From the NCBI RefSeq assembly GCF_001194135.2, contig NC_069010.1, positions 9,440,720 through 9,504,719 of the forward strand: 64,000 nucleotides of DNA, in the 5' to 3' direction. Under the pieces are notes generated by a model. That model made no database searches. It worked only from the letters and a program-made list of their open reading frames with translations, and was not told the DNA's origin. Source of the DNA: Octopus bimaculoides (lineage: Eukaryota). The translations under genes and the position numbers were made by a program. Below are positions 12,071 through 25,734 of this stretch, piece by piece; position 1 is the first letter of the stretch, and each line of letters starts with the position of its first letter.

Positions 12071-12403
12071 GGAGGAATTTCAACCATGTTTCGTGGTCTG
12101 CTACCACAACAGCTCCTTTATAGGATCCAGTTAGCTCAAGACATCATCAGGAGGAACCACGTCCGGTTTCGGCCCCTACTCCTCTACCGTTTTGACGTGG
12201 CGGGGCCACCCCCTTTCGGAGGTGTCTTCAGCTCTGGTGTTGGGTGCATGTCTTCTTTCTTCTATTCCCTGGCCTCTTCGATGCAGCACCAACGTCCGAC
12301 CATACTAAAGCAGACATTGGGGGTCACAATGCAATGCAGTCCCTGGTGCCAGTGGTCCCTGTGAAACTGTCCAGACTCATGGCAGCATGGAACACAGACA
12401 GCA

Positions 12404-12442
<39 letters not shown>

Positions 12443-13570
12443 TTAGGGTAATAAATTGTCTGTTAGCTGTCCAATTGTGGAGGATGTGGCGGCAGAGGTG
12501 GAGGAGGTAATGTGGCTGACTTATGGCTAAACGGATAAGAACAACGGTGACTGCGACAGCAGCAGTACTTGAATTACAATGAATGCAAATGTTTGTTTTG
12601 CGTCTAATATAATCCCAGATTAAGCTGCTACTCTGCCATGATGTTATGAAAATTCAATAGGTAGACGGACGGACAGACAGACAAGGCAACCAAGACGTTC
12701 ACATATGTCACTTGTGAGGCCTCAGTTTACCAAATGCTACAACAGAAGCGAGTTGGCACAAAGTGTCATACAGAGGGACGGAACCTGAAAGCACAGAATT
12801 GGGGAAATTAACCCCTCACACAACCACGCTTCTAGCTTCCACAAATTTCTGAAAATATTTCAGCAAAATTCATTTCCTTACAGATGTGTGTGTGTGTGTG
12901 TGTNNNNNNNNNNGTGTGTGTGTGTGTGTGTGATCTTTTGACGTCCTATATGATGCTATAGTTTAGGAGCTGGGTGGGGGGATGGGCACATGTTAAACAA
13001 ACACTTAGAGATCTGCTTTCATAAACAGAAAAAAAGCTTCAAAACACTTGCTGTATGAAGTCACTTGACCTACAAGAAATAGCAGCAGAATTCCCAACAT
13101 AGCTTAACGTTTTTAAACAAAGAACAGGAGACAATGTAATCTTAGACACAGGTCTAAAAGTGGGATGGTCATCATTGGAGTGAGTACAATCACTAGTCTA
13201 CTCCAGTGGTGCTGTCCTGGGGCTAAACAACAGCAGCACTGGCATTGCCACTACAATCATCATCATCATCAAAAATAATTTGGGAGTCAGTACATAGTTG
13301 TTTGACCTGGTAGAAATAGCAGCCAAATCTCCCTCAAATCACACCCTACTCTTTTATGTATGTAAGTATGAGCCAATGAGTGAGGACACCTGCGCTGGAT
13401 TATCTTCGTTTGTGGGCGTATACAGCATGTGTGTGTGTATAGTAGTTGCTAGCACTTTATTTAATCCTGCCAGCACCTGGTCAGCCTCAATCCAGTTGCC
13501 TTGTGATCACAAATGCTCCAGCTGAGACCAGCTGTGTCCATCAATCCTTTTTTTATATACAGTATGTGCA

Positions 13571-13618
<48 letters not shown>

Positions 13619-16157
13619 NNNNNNNNNNNNNNNNNNNNNNNNNNNNNNNNNNNNNNNNNNNNNNNNNNNNNNNNNNNNNNNNNNNNNNNNNNNNNNNNNN
13701 NNNNNNNNNNNNNNNNNNNNNNNNNNNNNNNNNNNNNNNNNNNNNNNNNNNNNNNNNNNNNNNNNNNNNNNNNNNNNNNNNNNNNNNNNNNNNNNNNNNN
13801 NNNNNNNNNNNNNNNNNNNNNNNNNNNNNNNNNNNNNNNNNNNNNNNNNNNNNNNNNNNNNNNNNNNNNNNNNNNNNNNNNNNNNNNNNNNNNNNNNNNN
13901 NNNNNNNNNNNNNNNNNNNNNNNNNNNNNNNNNNNNNNNNNNNNNNNNNNNNNNNNNNNNNNNNNNNNNNNNNNNNNNNNNNNNNNNNNNNNNNNNNNNN
14001 NNNNNNNNNNNNNNNNNNNNNNNNNNNNNNNNNNNNNNNNNNNNNNNNNNNNNNNNNNNNNNNNNNNNNNNNNNNNNNNNNNNNNNNNNNNNNNNNNNNN
14101 NNNNNNNNNNNNNNNNNNNNATATATACACATACACAGTTTTGCATGCTTTGCACAGTTTCCAGCTTCCAAGATACAACGTGATGATCTTAAAAATCAAT
14201 GAATCACAAACACTACTTCTCCCTAAAACAGAAAAGAACCAGAACTTACCATACTATTGTATAAAATCCTTGAATCTCAGTAAGACTCGCTCTCTTTTTT
14301 TACAGTAGGGGCTGCATATGCCTATGTAGAGATTTATATACAGTTCCAAGTGTGTGTGTGTATATATATATATTTTTATATAGATTTATACACTTTTATC
14401 TGTAAAATTCCAAAGACATAATCATAATTTCCGTTATTTAGGCAAATCCCAAATTAATCCAATTCGTTTGTTGTAATCCAATATTCCAAATGAGATTCTT
14501 TAATTAAAAAGAAATAGAAATGTATAAATTAATTGCAGTATTAAATTAATTCAGATTTTTAAAAAATATCATATTTAAAAAAAAAACTTCAATTTCAAAA
14601 CCAGCGACATTTTTAATAATTTGTAGTATAGGCAAAAAGCTTGAAATTTTGTGAGGAGGGGCTAGTTGATAATATCAATCTCAGTGCCTAACTGGTACTT
14701 ATTTATCAACCCCAAAACGATGAAAGGCAGAATAAACCTCAGTGGAATTTGAACTCAGAACGCAAAGTCGTAAGAAATACTGCTAAGCATTTTGTCCAGC
14801 ATGCCAATGATTCTGCCAGAATTTGGTTTTCATAAGAATCCTTTCAAGTTTAGAAACATTCGGTAAATACTTGAAACAAGTGGGATTCATTTCAGTTTCA
14901 GAAGTGACACGAGTACGTGACAATTGATAAGCTGTAGCAACAGGGAGCGGTGGGGGTGAAGAAATTCGTTTTGCCAAGACTCTGGAGTACATTGCATGAT
15001 TTTAACAGGATACATTTATAAAACATCTTCCCCTTGTGAGTACACACACACATATATATATAATAATATATAATTATACTGCAAGTCACAATGTTCTCCT
15101 TCACATTGCTGTCGCTTTCTGTTGATACCAACTTGCAGGTTAGGCGAGCAGGCCAACACTCACCCTGAATGGAATGCCAGTCCATTGCAGCGTTCACCTA
15201 TTTACAGTTGAGCAGACTGAAACAGGGTGGAATGAAGTGTTCTGCTCAAGAAAACAACACATCACCGGTCTGAGAATTGAAACCATGATCCTGTGATCAT
15301 GAGTACCACACCCTTAACCAATAGGCCATGTGCCTTCACATATACAGAATATATAGTTCTTTTTGGGAAGAACATTGGTTTTGGAAACATATTCTCTCTG
15401 AGTGGTTGGCGTTAGGAAGGGCATCCAGCTGTAGAAACTCTGCCAAATTTAGATTGGAGCCTGGTGTTGCCATCCGGTTTCACCAGTCCTCAGTCAAATC
15501 GTCCAACCCATGCTAGCATGGAAAGCGGACGTTAAACGACGATGATGATGATGATGATGATTCTATAAATAACAGTGTAATCCAAAGAGGCCTTTTTTTT
15601 CAGCTCAATATTTACCCAATGTTATTTATAGCTTATCTGCTTTGAGATCCACTATTCCGAAAAATAATTATTTCATGTTCTCTTGAAGTTTATAAATCCT
15701 TCTGGTGTCAACGAGAACAGATAACTGTTATCTGACCTCATTAAGATAAAACAAAACAAAAAAAAAATCCATAATTTTTAGCACAAAATACATAAAGCAC
15801 TCATTTCATCATGGTTAGAGTTGTAAGTATTGTTTTAATAATAGCAATAATTATATTTAGATATGTATGTATATTATATATATATATATATATCTATACT
15901 ATATATAAAACAGAGATGTGTGTGTAATCGCTTATCACGTGAAAACGGCTTCACCATTTACTTCCATACTTGTATATATATATATATTGACAGTAATGGT
16001 AAGACAAAAGAATGAAAGAGACCTTGATATTATGTAAATAGAGGAATTTATCTGTAAATATATGTGACAATTATTCGGTAGCCATGACATCCGAAACTCG
16101 GAGCTTTATCATGGCTACCAAATAATTGTCACATATTATATCTACAGATATATCTAC

Positions 16158-16207
<50 letters not shown>

Positions 16208-19200
16208 AGTCAAAGCAAGGAGACAGATACATATGCATATACACGACAGGCTTCTTTCAGTTTCCATCTACCAAATCCAAAGACAACGCTTTGGTCAGTC
16301 CAAAGCTACAGTAGAAGACACTTGGCCACGGTGTCATGCAGTAGGACTGAACCCCAGGGATCAACAATTTGGTCTCCAAGTTCTAGGTGGACAACAGTGT
16401 GAAACCTACACTTTGTTGGCCCCATGTATCCCTTAAGGTGAAGGCACGTGGTTGAGTGGCTAGGGTAATTGGCTCGTGATCCTAAAGTCAGGAGTTCAAT
16501 TCCCAGCAGCATGTTGTTTCCTTAAGCAAGATGTTTTATTTCACATTGCTCCAGTCCACTCAGCTGACAAAAATGAGGTGTGCCTGAAATTCAAAGGGGC
16601 CAGCTTTCTCATATTTTGTATCATGCAATGGAAGCAGCTCTATAGTAAAAATACTATGAACATAACAATGTATGTGTGTAGTTGAATTTGCAGTGCTCAT
16701 CCATTTACACGTTCGTTTCACAAGCAGGCTGTTCCATGGATTGGATCAACTGGAACCCCATGTCGTCATCGTAAATAAGAGAGAGCCAGTCAGGGTTTGC
16801 GACAGGGGCCTCAGCTGCAGAGACAAACCTGAGGGTTGCACCTGCTTGTTTGTTGGCCTCAATGCATGCATGTCATATGAGCATGTTTGATTCGTGCTGA
16901 ACTGAGGACCATCACATCATGTTGGTCCTTGATTGACAAAGAAACAGGCTGGACATTGGAGAGAGTACAACATGTCCAGACTGCAGCACTGACCACTGCA
17001 CGTGATGATATGCAATATGATACTCGACTGACCAATAGAAACACACTGCAAAATGGAGACAGCTTAGACTACCACACAGCAACGTGTGTGTGTGTGTGTG
17101 TGTAGGGATTCTCATAACCTAGCAGGTGATGAGACAAAGGCATTTTCACAGACCCAGAGCCTTATTTAACGAGGATTATAACCCAGGTGATAATTTGTGA
17201 CTCCTTCACACCAGTACTTGTGTGTGTGTGTCAATGTATGCATAGAAATGTGTGTATATAAGCGTTTATACGTGTATGTATCTTGACATGTGGTTATGTC
17301 CATACGCATGTCTATGCACACACCACACGTTTGTGTGTGTGTGTGTAGGCGAAAGTAAAGAATACGTACACTCGGTGTTCAGGGTTAGGGGTCTAGTGTT
17401 AAGGTTTTTGTTACGCCGAAAACGGGTGGTGTATGTATTCTGAACCTCTGCCATGTGTGTGTATTTATGAGAACTATAAAGATTCCTTCATTGATATAAA
17501 AATGAGAGAGAGAGAGACAAGAGAGGGGAGAAAGAGTGCGAAAACAAGATAAGGTTTAGTACGTATTATTGACGAGAAAGCTAAGCATTTGCAAATATAT
17601 ACTTATGAGGGGAAACACCTAAACTTGTGGTCGTTTCGAGATGTCTTTTCCTACTTTACATCGTTTTTTATTTTTTTATTTTTGTAAGAAATTAACGGAA
17701 AAAAATAAATAAATCTCAACTCTGAACCGATCTATCCGTCTTCCACGTCGGCCTCATCGGACGGATTTCAAAGCATAAAAAAATAAAGGACACAAAAACA
17801 CTGGACGATCAAATGAAGCAAACGTGAAAACACGAAGAAACCGTTTATTAACAGATATAAAAGCTAATAAAGTTTTTTTTTTTATAAATGATATTTCGTG
17901 TTACGTCGGTTTGCGAGTAAAACCAATTACCGACGTAAGTTGAGGTATACGTGTGTATACATGCACACTTAATTGGAAAGAGACAATTGTTTAATGCAAA
18001 GTCGGTTAGTTGTGAATGGGCGGGCATGGCTGAAGGGCCCACGAGGCTTTCCAGCTGGGACCATCCTGTCTTGTTATTTTTTCCTTGCCAGGGTACTAAG
18101 GACTTATTTATTATCCAATACTTTCCTGTTTTAAGACAGCTGCTATTTCTAGCGGATCCCATCGCTGGCTCGGGGAAAGTAGGTAAGAGAAGAAAGCGGG
18201 AGTGTGTGTGGTGGGGGGGAGAAGTGAAAGGTAAGGTAAGTGGAGAAAGGGAGATAGAGCTAAAGGAAGGGAGAGAGAGTAATAGAGAGAGGGTTAGGGA
18301 GGTAACCAAAAACCAAAGGGGGGAGGTAAGGGATGAAATTAACGAGAGAAAAAAGATGGGGAGGAAGACAGAAGGCGTGATAGAGAGTGAAAGAGTAAGC
18401 TAGAGAGAGAGAGGGAAAGGCAGAAGCATTCATATAGGAGGGGAGAGTGAAATATGAAGTGAGAGAAAGTCAAAACGTGTATGAGAGAGTGAGTGAGAGA
18501 AAGAAAGAAAGAAAGTAAAATTATTCAAGGAAATGAGAGCGAGAGGAAGATATATATACAGAAAAAGAGAGAGGGGGGAATACGAGAGTGAGAGAGAGAG
18601 AGGAAGAAAATGTAAGGGAGAGGGAGGAAGGGAGAAACGATATGGAGATATACATAATATATACGTACGTCCACGCGCGCGCAAGAAAATATATACTTTT
18701 TTTTTTCCACACGCACACACATAATGGTGGGGGCAGGGTTTGGTGTGGAAAATACCGTTGAACGAAAGTACTCAATACCGTTAGGCAGAGTGGAATAGCT
18801 CTATTTTTCCTCTTTGCATCACCAAACATATGTATACGTGTATATATGTGTGTATATATATCTATGTATATATATATATATATATATATAGACTATCTTT
18901 CGCCATATATATATTATACGCATGCAGGATATAGAAAGAATTAGAGACAGAAAGAATAGCGAATATGAATAGAGAAATAGTAATAATATTTTAACACACA
19001 AATTGCTATATATTAGTTATGGTGTCTTTGTGACTTGTTAGCTTTTTTGGCATTATTTCTAAACCCCTAAAATGTCTTTGCCTGTGTTGTCGGGTCAACT
19101 TTCATCCAATTTATTGTTAGGGGTCACTTATTTTTATTTAGTTATTTTTGTGTTTTTAATGAGGACCTGTCTGCGGTTTCCTGATGTCATTAGAGACACA

Positions 19201-19249
19201 GAGAGACACAGAAATATAAACAGATTGAAAGAGACTAAGATCTGTGTAC

Positions 19250-19306
<57 letters not shown>

Positions 19307-19581
19307 NNNNNNNNNNNNNNNNNNNNNNNNNNNNNNNNNNNNNNNNNNNNNNNNNNNNNNNNNNNNNNNNNNNNNNNNNNNNNNNNNNNNNNNNNNNNNN
19401 NNNNNNNNNNNNNNNNNNNNNNNNNNNNNNNNNNNNNNNNNNNNNNNNNNNNNNNNNNNNNNNNNNNNNNNGTAAAAACTCAATTAAAATCAATTTATAA
19501 ACTCGATGAGTTCTTGAAACTTGGTTATTTTCCCTAAAACTATATACATATATATATATATATAAACAAATAGTAAATGAG

Positions 19582-19613
<32 letters not shown>

Positions 19614-20372
19614 GGCATATGTATATGTATATATAATCTGAGAAGCGTGTGTGTATAAAATTCAGAGAAGTTCGTGTATATACCTATATATGCAGAAAAA
19701 ACGTATATATAGAGAGGTGTGCGTATACATATTATATATATAGCCCATGTCTGTGTTTGCTATTAATAATTATCATTCGTCATTAGTAAATTTTAACTGA
19801 AAGTAATTAATTCGATGGAATCGTCAGAGCAATAGGCTGTTGAAAGCTCCAAGTTCAAATTCCGCCCAGGTCAACTTTGCCTTTTCATATCTTTCCGGGG
19901 GTCAATAAAATGAAGTACCGGTCAAGTACCGAGGTCCGTTGTAAACGACAAACCACTCCTCCCGGCAAAATTAGTGGCCACATGCCTCAATTAAAAACAG
20001 TTATTAAATATTTTCCACTTAAAGATCTCTGTGTTGTTGGGCCAACTTTCACCCATTTATTGTACTGGTCAGTTATTTCTTTTTTAGCGGCCTTGGTTGG
20101 GTCATCTGGTCTTACCAGAGACAGACAAATATAAACACACGCACAGATTATATACATTAAATATTTATATATATATACACGTTTATGTGAAACAGCAATA
20201 TAGTCACGTTGTACATTGGAAAGATATATCACCATTATTTGTGTGATGTCGCTATGGCATTGATTATTATTATTATTTGTCGTGGCACCTTGGGCAAGTG
20301 TCTTCTGGGCCGACCAAAGCCTTGTGAGTGAATCTGGTAGACGGAAACTAAAAGAAGCCCGTCGTATTTATG

Positions 20373-20405
<33 letters not shown>

Positions 20406-21909
20406 CTGTGTGTGTGTGTGTGTGTGTTTGTCCCCCTTGCATCGCTTGACAACCGATGCTGGTGTGTTTACGTTCCCGTAAGTAACTTAGCGGTTCGGCA
20501 AAAGAGAGACCGATAGAATAAGTACTAGGCTTACAAAGATTAAGTTCTGGGGCCGATTTGCTCGACTAAAAGGCGGTGCTCCAGCATGGCCGCAGTCAAA
20601 ACGACTGAAACAAGTAAAAGAGTATAATCGACTGAGATTTGTCTGCATGGAGTGAGTGCCCGGTCAAACTCCCATCCGATTTATTATTGCAAGGGTCAGT
20701 CAGTGTTGAAGCTTGTTTTATTTATTTTGTTTTTGTTTTTTTTTAGCGGCCCTTGGTCGTCTCACCTCCCAAAACACAAACGAATATAAATTTTGCGAGA
20801 GAATGAATGAAAAGGAAAGTCGAACAACATTAAAGAAAAACGGATTATAAAGAACAGATCATGTTGTATTATATATATACATACATATATNNNNNNNNNN
20901 NNNNNNNNNNNNNNNNNNNNNNNNNNNNNNNNNNNNNNNNNNNNNNNNNNNNNNNNNNNNNNNNNNNTATATATATATATATATATGTATATGTATATAT
21001 GTGTGTGGTGATTTCGCCTGCCGTTACGTTCTGAGTTCAAATTCCGCCGAGGTCGACTTTGCCTTTCATCCTTTCGGGGTCGATTGAATAAGTACCAGTT
21101 ACGCACTGGGGTCGATGTAATCGACTTAATCCCTTTGTCTGTCCTTGTTTGTCCCCTCTATGTTTAGCCCCTTGTGGGCAATAAAGAATTAATTAATATA
21201 TATATATATATATATGTGGTGATCTTTCGGTACGAGTTCCTAAATATAAGCATTACTGTTTGTGTTGTCCATGTATGTTTGTTATTAATAAACATTATCG
21301 CTCGTTATTATTAAATATTATTGACTGAAATTTCTCTACCAGGAGTGTCTGGTCAACTTTATCCAATTCTCATTGTAAAGATCGGTTTTTTTCTTTCTTT
21401 AGTGGCCCTGTTTGGATCGTCTGGTCTCGCAAGGGAGACACACAAAGAAATGTAAATATTTATAATTTTCGAAAGGGAATGAATGAAAACAAAGTTAAGG
21501 AAATCCCTTAACAACAAACAGAAAAGGGTGTACATATATATACAGACAGTAAATCATGTATAATGATATATATTTATATCACCATTACTATGTTATGCGG
21601 CGATCCATGTCGCTGTTTATGTTATTAATAATAACCATTGTTCGTCGTTATTATGAAATTCAAATGATTGAAATTTCTTTACCTGGGTTGTCTGGTCAAA
21701 TTAAATCCAATTTAATGTAGGGGTCAGTCCTGGCTGGGGTCTTTTGTGTGCCTCTTTCATGTCGTCTGTTCTCGCCACACAAATATTTGAACCGTGTGTT
21801 GTTGTGTCGTCTTCGCCGGCGGTTGGACCAGCAGGGAGGGAGTGCGCATGTCAGAGAGAAGGGGGAGCGGTGCGGTGTGAACGTAAGGATGGTTGAGAGA
21901 GGGGGAGAA

Positions 21910-22115
21910 AGAGAGAGAGAGAGAGAGAAGCGATAGAAAAGAACTAGTAATGAGAAAGAGAGAGAGAAGCGATAGGAAAGAACTAGTAATGAGAAAGAGA
22001 GAGAGAGAAGCGATAGAAAATAACTAGTAATGAGAAAGAGAGAGAGAGAAGCGATAGGAAAGAACTAGTAATGAGAAAGAGAGAGAGAGAAGCGATAGGA
22101 AAGAACTAGTAATGA
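21910..22115. repeat. Minisatellite, 5 copies of 39-41 bp
   Basis: Unit (GA)nAGCGATAG(A/G)AAAGAACTAGTAATGAGAAA, with starts near 21927, 21966, 22007, 22048 and 22089. Confidence 0.9.
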
Positions 22116-22295
22116 AAGGGAGAGGAATAGGAAGGTCTAGCTAAATCGAGAGAGAGAGGGGGGAACGGGAACTGAGAGAGAGAGAGCAAAAAGAGAATGA
22201 TAGAAAAGAGGGAGTAATATAAGAGAGAAATAGGGGTTTGTATGTATGTATGCATCCTTCTCTCTCACTCTCTCTCTTTATATATATACATACAC

Positions 22296-22350
<55 letters not shown>

Positions 22351-23328
22351 NNNNNNNNNNNNNNNNNNNNNNNNNNNNNNNNNNNNNNNNNNNNNNNNNN
22401 NNNNNNNNNNNNNNNNNNNNNNNNNNNNNNNNNNNNNNNNNNNNNNNNNNNNNNNNNNNNNNNNNNNNNNNNNNNNNNNNNNNNNNNNNNNNNNNNNNNN
22501 NNNNNNNNNNNNNNNNNNNNNNNNNNNNNNNNNNNNNNNNNNNNNNNNNNNNNNNNNNNNNNNNNNNNNNNNNNNNNNNNNNNNNNNNNNNNNNNNNNNN
22601 NNNNNNNNNNNNNNNNNNNNNNNNNNNNNNNNNNNNNNNNNNNNNNNNNNNNNNNNNNNNNNNNNNNNNNNNNNNNNNNNNNNNNNNNNNNNNNNNNNNN
22701 NNNNNNNNNNNNNNNNNNNNNNNNNNNNNNNNNNNNNNNNNNNNNNNNNNNNNNNNNNNNNNNNNNNNNNNNNACACACACACACATGCATGTATATATG
22801 TATATATTCTGTACACAGTGGCCTTACAAAAGGTTATGAGGTTATACATATATCCACACATACACACATATAGATATGCATATGTGTACATCGGTATGTA
22901 TGTTTGTGCATATGTATATACGCATGTATGTATATATGTATGTGTGTGTGTGTGTGTATGTATGTATGTACCTATGTATGTATGCATGCATGTACGTACG
23001 TAAGGACGTACACATGTATGTATGTATGAGAATGTCTACACACACACATCGAGAGGAGTGGTGTCAATCTGTGGGGGGGGGGTGACAGGGGACACCAAAA
23101 TGTCAACAGGATATATCTTACTGTCACAGTGGTGAGGTGGTGGTGGTGGTCATGGCAGTAAGAGTCGATTTGCTGGTAGTAATTGATATAGTGATGCTCA
23201 TGATGATGGTGGTGGCAATTTTAGTGGTAATGGTAGTGGTGGAGGGTGTTGGTNNNNNNNNNNGGTGGTGGCAATTTTAGTGGTAATGGTAGTGGTGGAG
23301 GGTGTTGGTGGCATGGCAGTAGTAGTGG

Positions 23329-23363
<35 letters not shown>

Positions 23364-23527
23364 GTGGTGATGGTGGTGGTAGTTGTGGTGGCGGTAGTAG
23401 TGCTGGAGGCAGGTCGTGGTGGCAGCTGTGGTTGTGGTTGTTGTTGTGGTTATGGTTATGGGGGGGTGATGGTGATAGCAGTGCTGATGGTTCTGGTGGT
23501 GGTGGTGGTAGTGGTACTGCTGCTGCT

Positions 23528-24654
23528 GAAGATGATCCAAGATCTGGACATTCCACAATGGCCACCACCAAAGAAAACACCGATCGTGTTCACCACAGGG
23601 ATGGCATACAGGTGATTGACCATAAATCGAATAACCAATGCTATTAGCATATTATGCGAGGGAGTTGAGAATATTCTGCACAATGAACTCAGCATGACAA
23701 AGGTTTCAGATCAGTGGCTGCCATGTTTTCTGACATCCGATTAAAAGCATTCCAGGAGGATCACATTATGGGAAAAATCTGACACTGACTGAGGCAGATC
23801 CAGCTGGTTTCCTTGGGTGTTTCCTAAGCCAGGATGAGTGTTGGGTTCATCACTTTGAGCCAGAGACAAAGGGACAATCCTTGAAATCAGTGGAAACATT
23901 CCCCCCTCACCTGCTCCAAAGAAGGCCAAGGTGCTTTCATCTGCAGGGATGGCCTCAGTTGTTTGGGATGCAAAAGACATTGAGTTTATTGACCACCTTC
24001 AAATGAGCCACACCATCAATGGAGAATAATCTGCCAGCTTTCTGAGGCAGTTACGAAAGATTATCAAGACCAAACGCCCAAGAAAACTGACGAAAGGGAT
24101 CTTGTTTCATCTGGACAATGCTCCAGTTCTTGCTTTCAATGGCTGCTGAATTTATTGTGGTTTTAAAGGGGTTGATCAGCCACCCTATTCTCCTGATTTG
24201 GCCGCCCTCTGACTATCATCTGTTCCCCAACATGAGAAAAAAAAACACTTAGATGGGAACCAGTGTCACAGTGAATATAATGTCATGTCTGCTGTTGATG
24301 ACATTTCTGTCCAAAATGACGAAGGCTCTGCAGAACCAATGGGGTCCACGCTCTTCAGGACCAAGGGAAGAAGTGTGTGCACCAGTATGGGAACTGACTA
24401 GGGTGTAAAATAAACCTCATTTGGTGACAATCCATGAAAGGATCTTGGTCAGCCTAAAGAACTTTTCAGCTGACCCCACTAGCATAGCAAGGGGACGCAG
24501 TAGAGGCGGTCTGCCCCGGGCAGCACTTTTAAAGGGGCATCACTTTTGGGTCTGCTGTAGACAATATGTGTTTTTTTGTGGGGTCTGGGGAGCCAAATGG
24601 AAGGGCTGCCCCGGGTGGGACACACTCTAGCTACGCTAGTGGCAGACCCTCATA
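23528..24654 (+). mobile_element. Degenerate mariner transposon (transposase pseudogene, 3' TIR retained)
   Basis: Broken frames give DDPRSGH..T.ENTDRVH, DECWVHHFEPETK, HLDNAP and PPYSPDLA.SDYHLFP. The 3' end is AACTTTTCAGCTGACCC[MITE]TCATA. Confidence 0.85.
24477..24641. mobile_element. hAT-type MITE inserted in the mariner TIR
   Basis: TIRs CACTAGCATAGC / GCTACGCTAGTG with an 8-bp TSD GCTGACCC/GCAGACCC. Confidence 0.75.
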
Positions 24655-24722
24655 TATGGAAGTTGATGTTGATGATGGTGGTGATGAAGATGAAGATGGT
24701 GGTAGTGGTGGTGGTGATGATG

Positions 24723-24754
<32 letters not shown>

Positions 24755-25339
24755 GATGATGATATCAGTCACCAAGAATACTTTGGCACTATTAAATTCA
24801 CCATTTACAGCAGACTAACAGTGCTTTTTTTTACACATCATGTTTATTGATTTGTCCTGTGCTGGAATTTACTCTGTGGCATTATTTGGTCAGCAGAGAT
24901 TACCATAAATGGTGCCATAGGTCTTTGAATAATAAATATTAGTCTGAAAACTGTATACATGAGTCAGCTTTTCAATGAGATCGTCACAAATGGATCGGTG
25001 GTTTAAAATATTTTAGTACCGTTTTCAAAACACTACGACGACAGACTTAACAGTCCTGCGTCTACAACACCATCCAAACAACATCGACTCTCCAAATACT
25101 ATTGCAAGAATCTTGTTCTATATATTCCTGGGGGTTGATGAGCCAATGGGGACAGCCATGTGTGGTTGCCTGATGAGTGAGAAATAGCTGCTAAACCTCC
25201 CTCAAGTCACATCCTACTCTCTTATGTAGGTGCAGTCATGGATACCGGTGAAGGCATGGTTGTTTGGTAAGAAGTTTGCCTCCCAACTACATTGTTCTGG
25301 GTTCTGTCCCACTGTGTGGCACCTTGGGCAAGTCTCCCT

Positions 25340-25660
25340 CATTGGCTCATACATACATATATACATAGATAAGAGAGTTGGGTGTGATCTGAGGGAGATT
25401 CAGTTGCTATTTCTAGCAGGTCTGGCTACCATGTAGAGCTCTCCCTTATTGGCTCATACATACGTATGTACATAGATAAGAGAGTAGGGTGTGATTTGAG
25501 GGAGATTTGGCTGCTATTTCTAGCAGGTCTAGCTACCATGTAGAGGTCTCCCTCATTGGCTCATACATAAGACAAGAGGGTGTATTCTGAAGGAGATTTG
25601 GCTGCTATTTCTACCAGGTCTAGCTATCATGTAGAGGTCACCTCGCCCCCACCATTGACT
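25340..25660. repeat. Tandem repeat, ~3 copies of ~107 bp
   Basis: CATTGGCTCATACATA...GAGGGAGATTTGGCTGCTATTTCTAGCAGGTCTAGCTACCATGTAGAG repeated three times. Confidence 0.75.
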
Positions 25661-25702
25661 CATAAAAATGAACTTATTGTACAGATTGCTCAGGTGCACT
25701 AC

Positions 25703-25734
<32 letters not shown>

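Noticed and set aside
23221-23530. Gly/Asp/His-rich ORFs in several frames
   Set aside because: They come from (GGT)n/(GAT)n microsatellites, are open in many frames on both strands and show no splice context.
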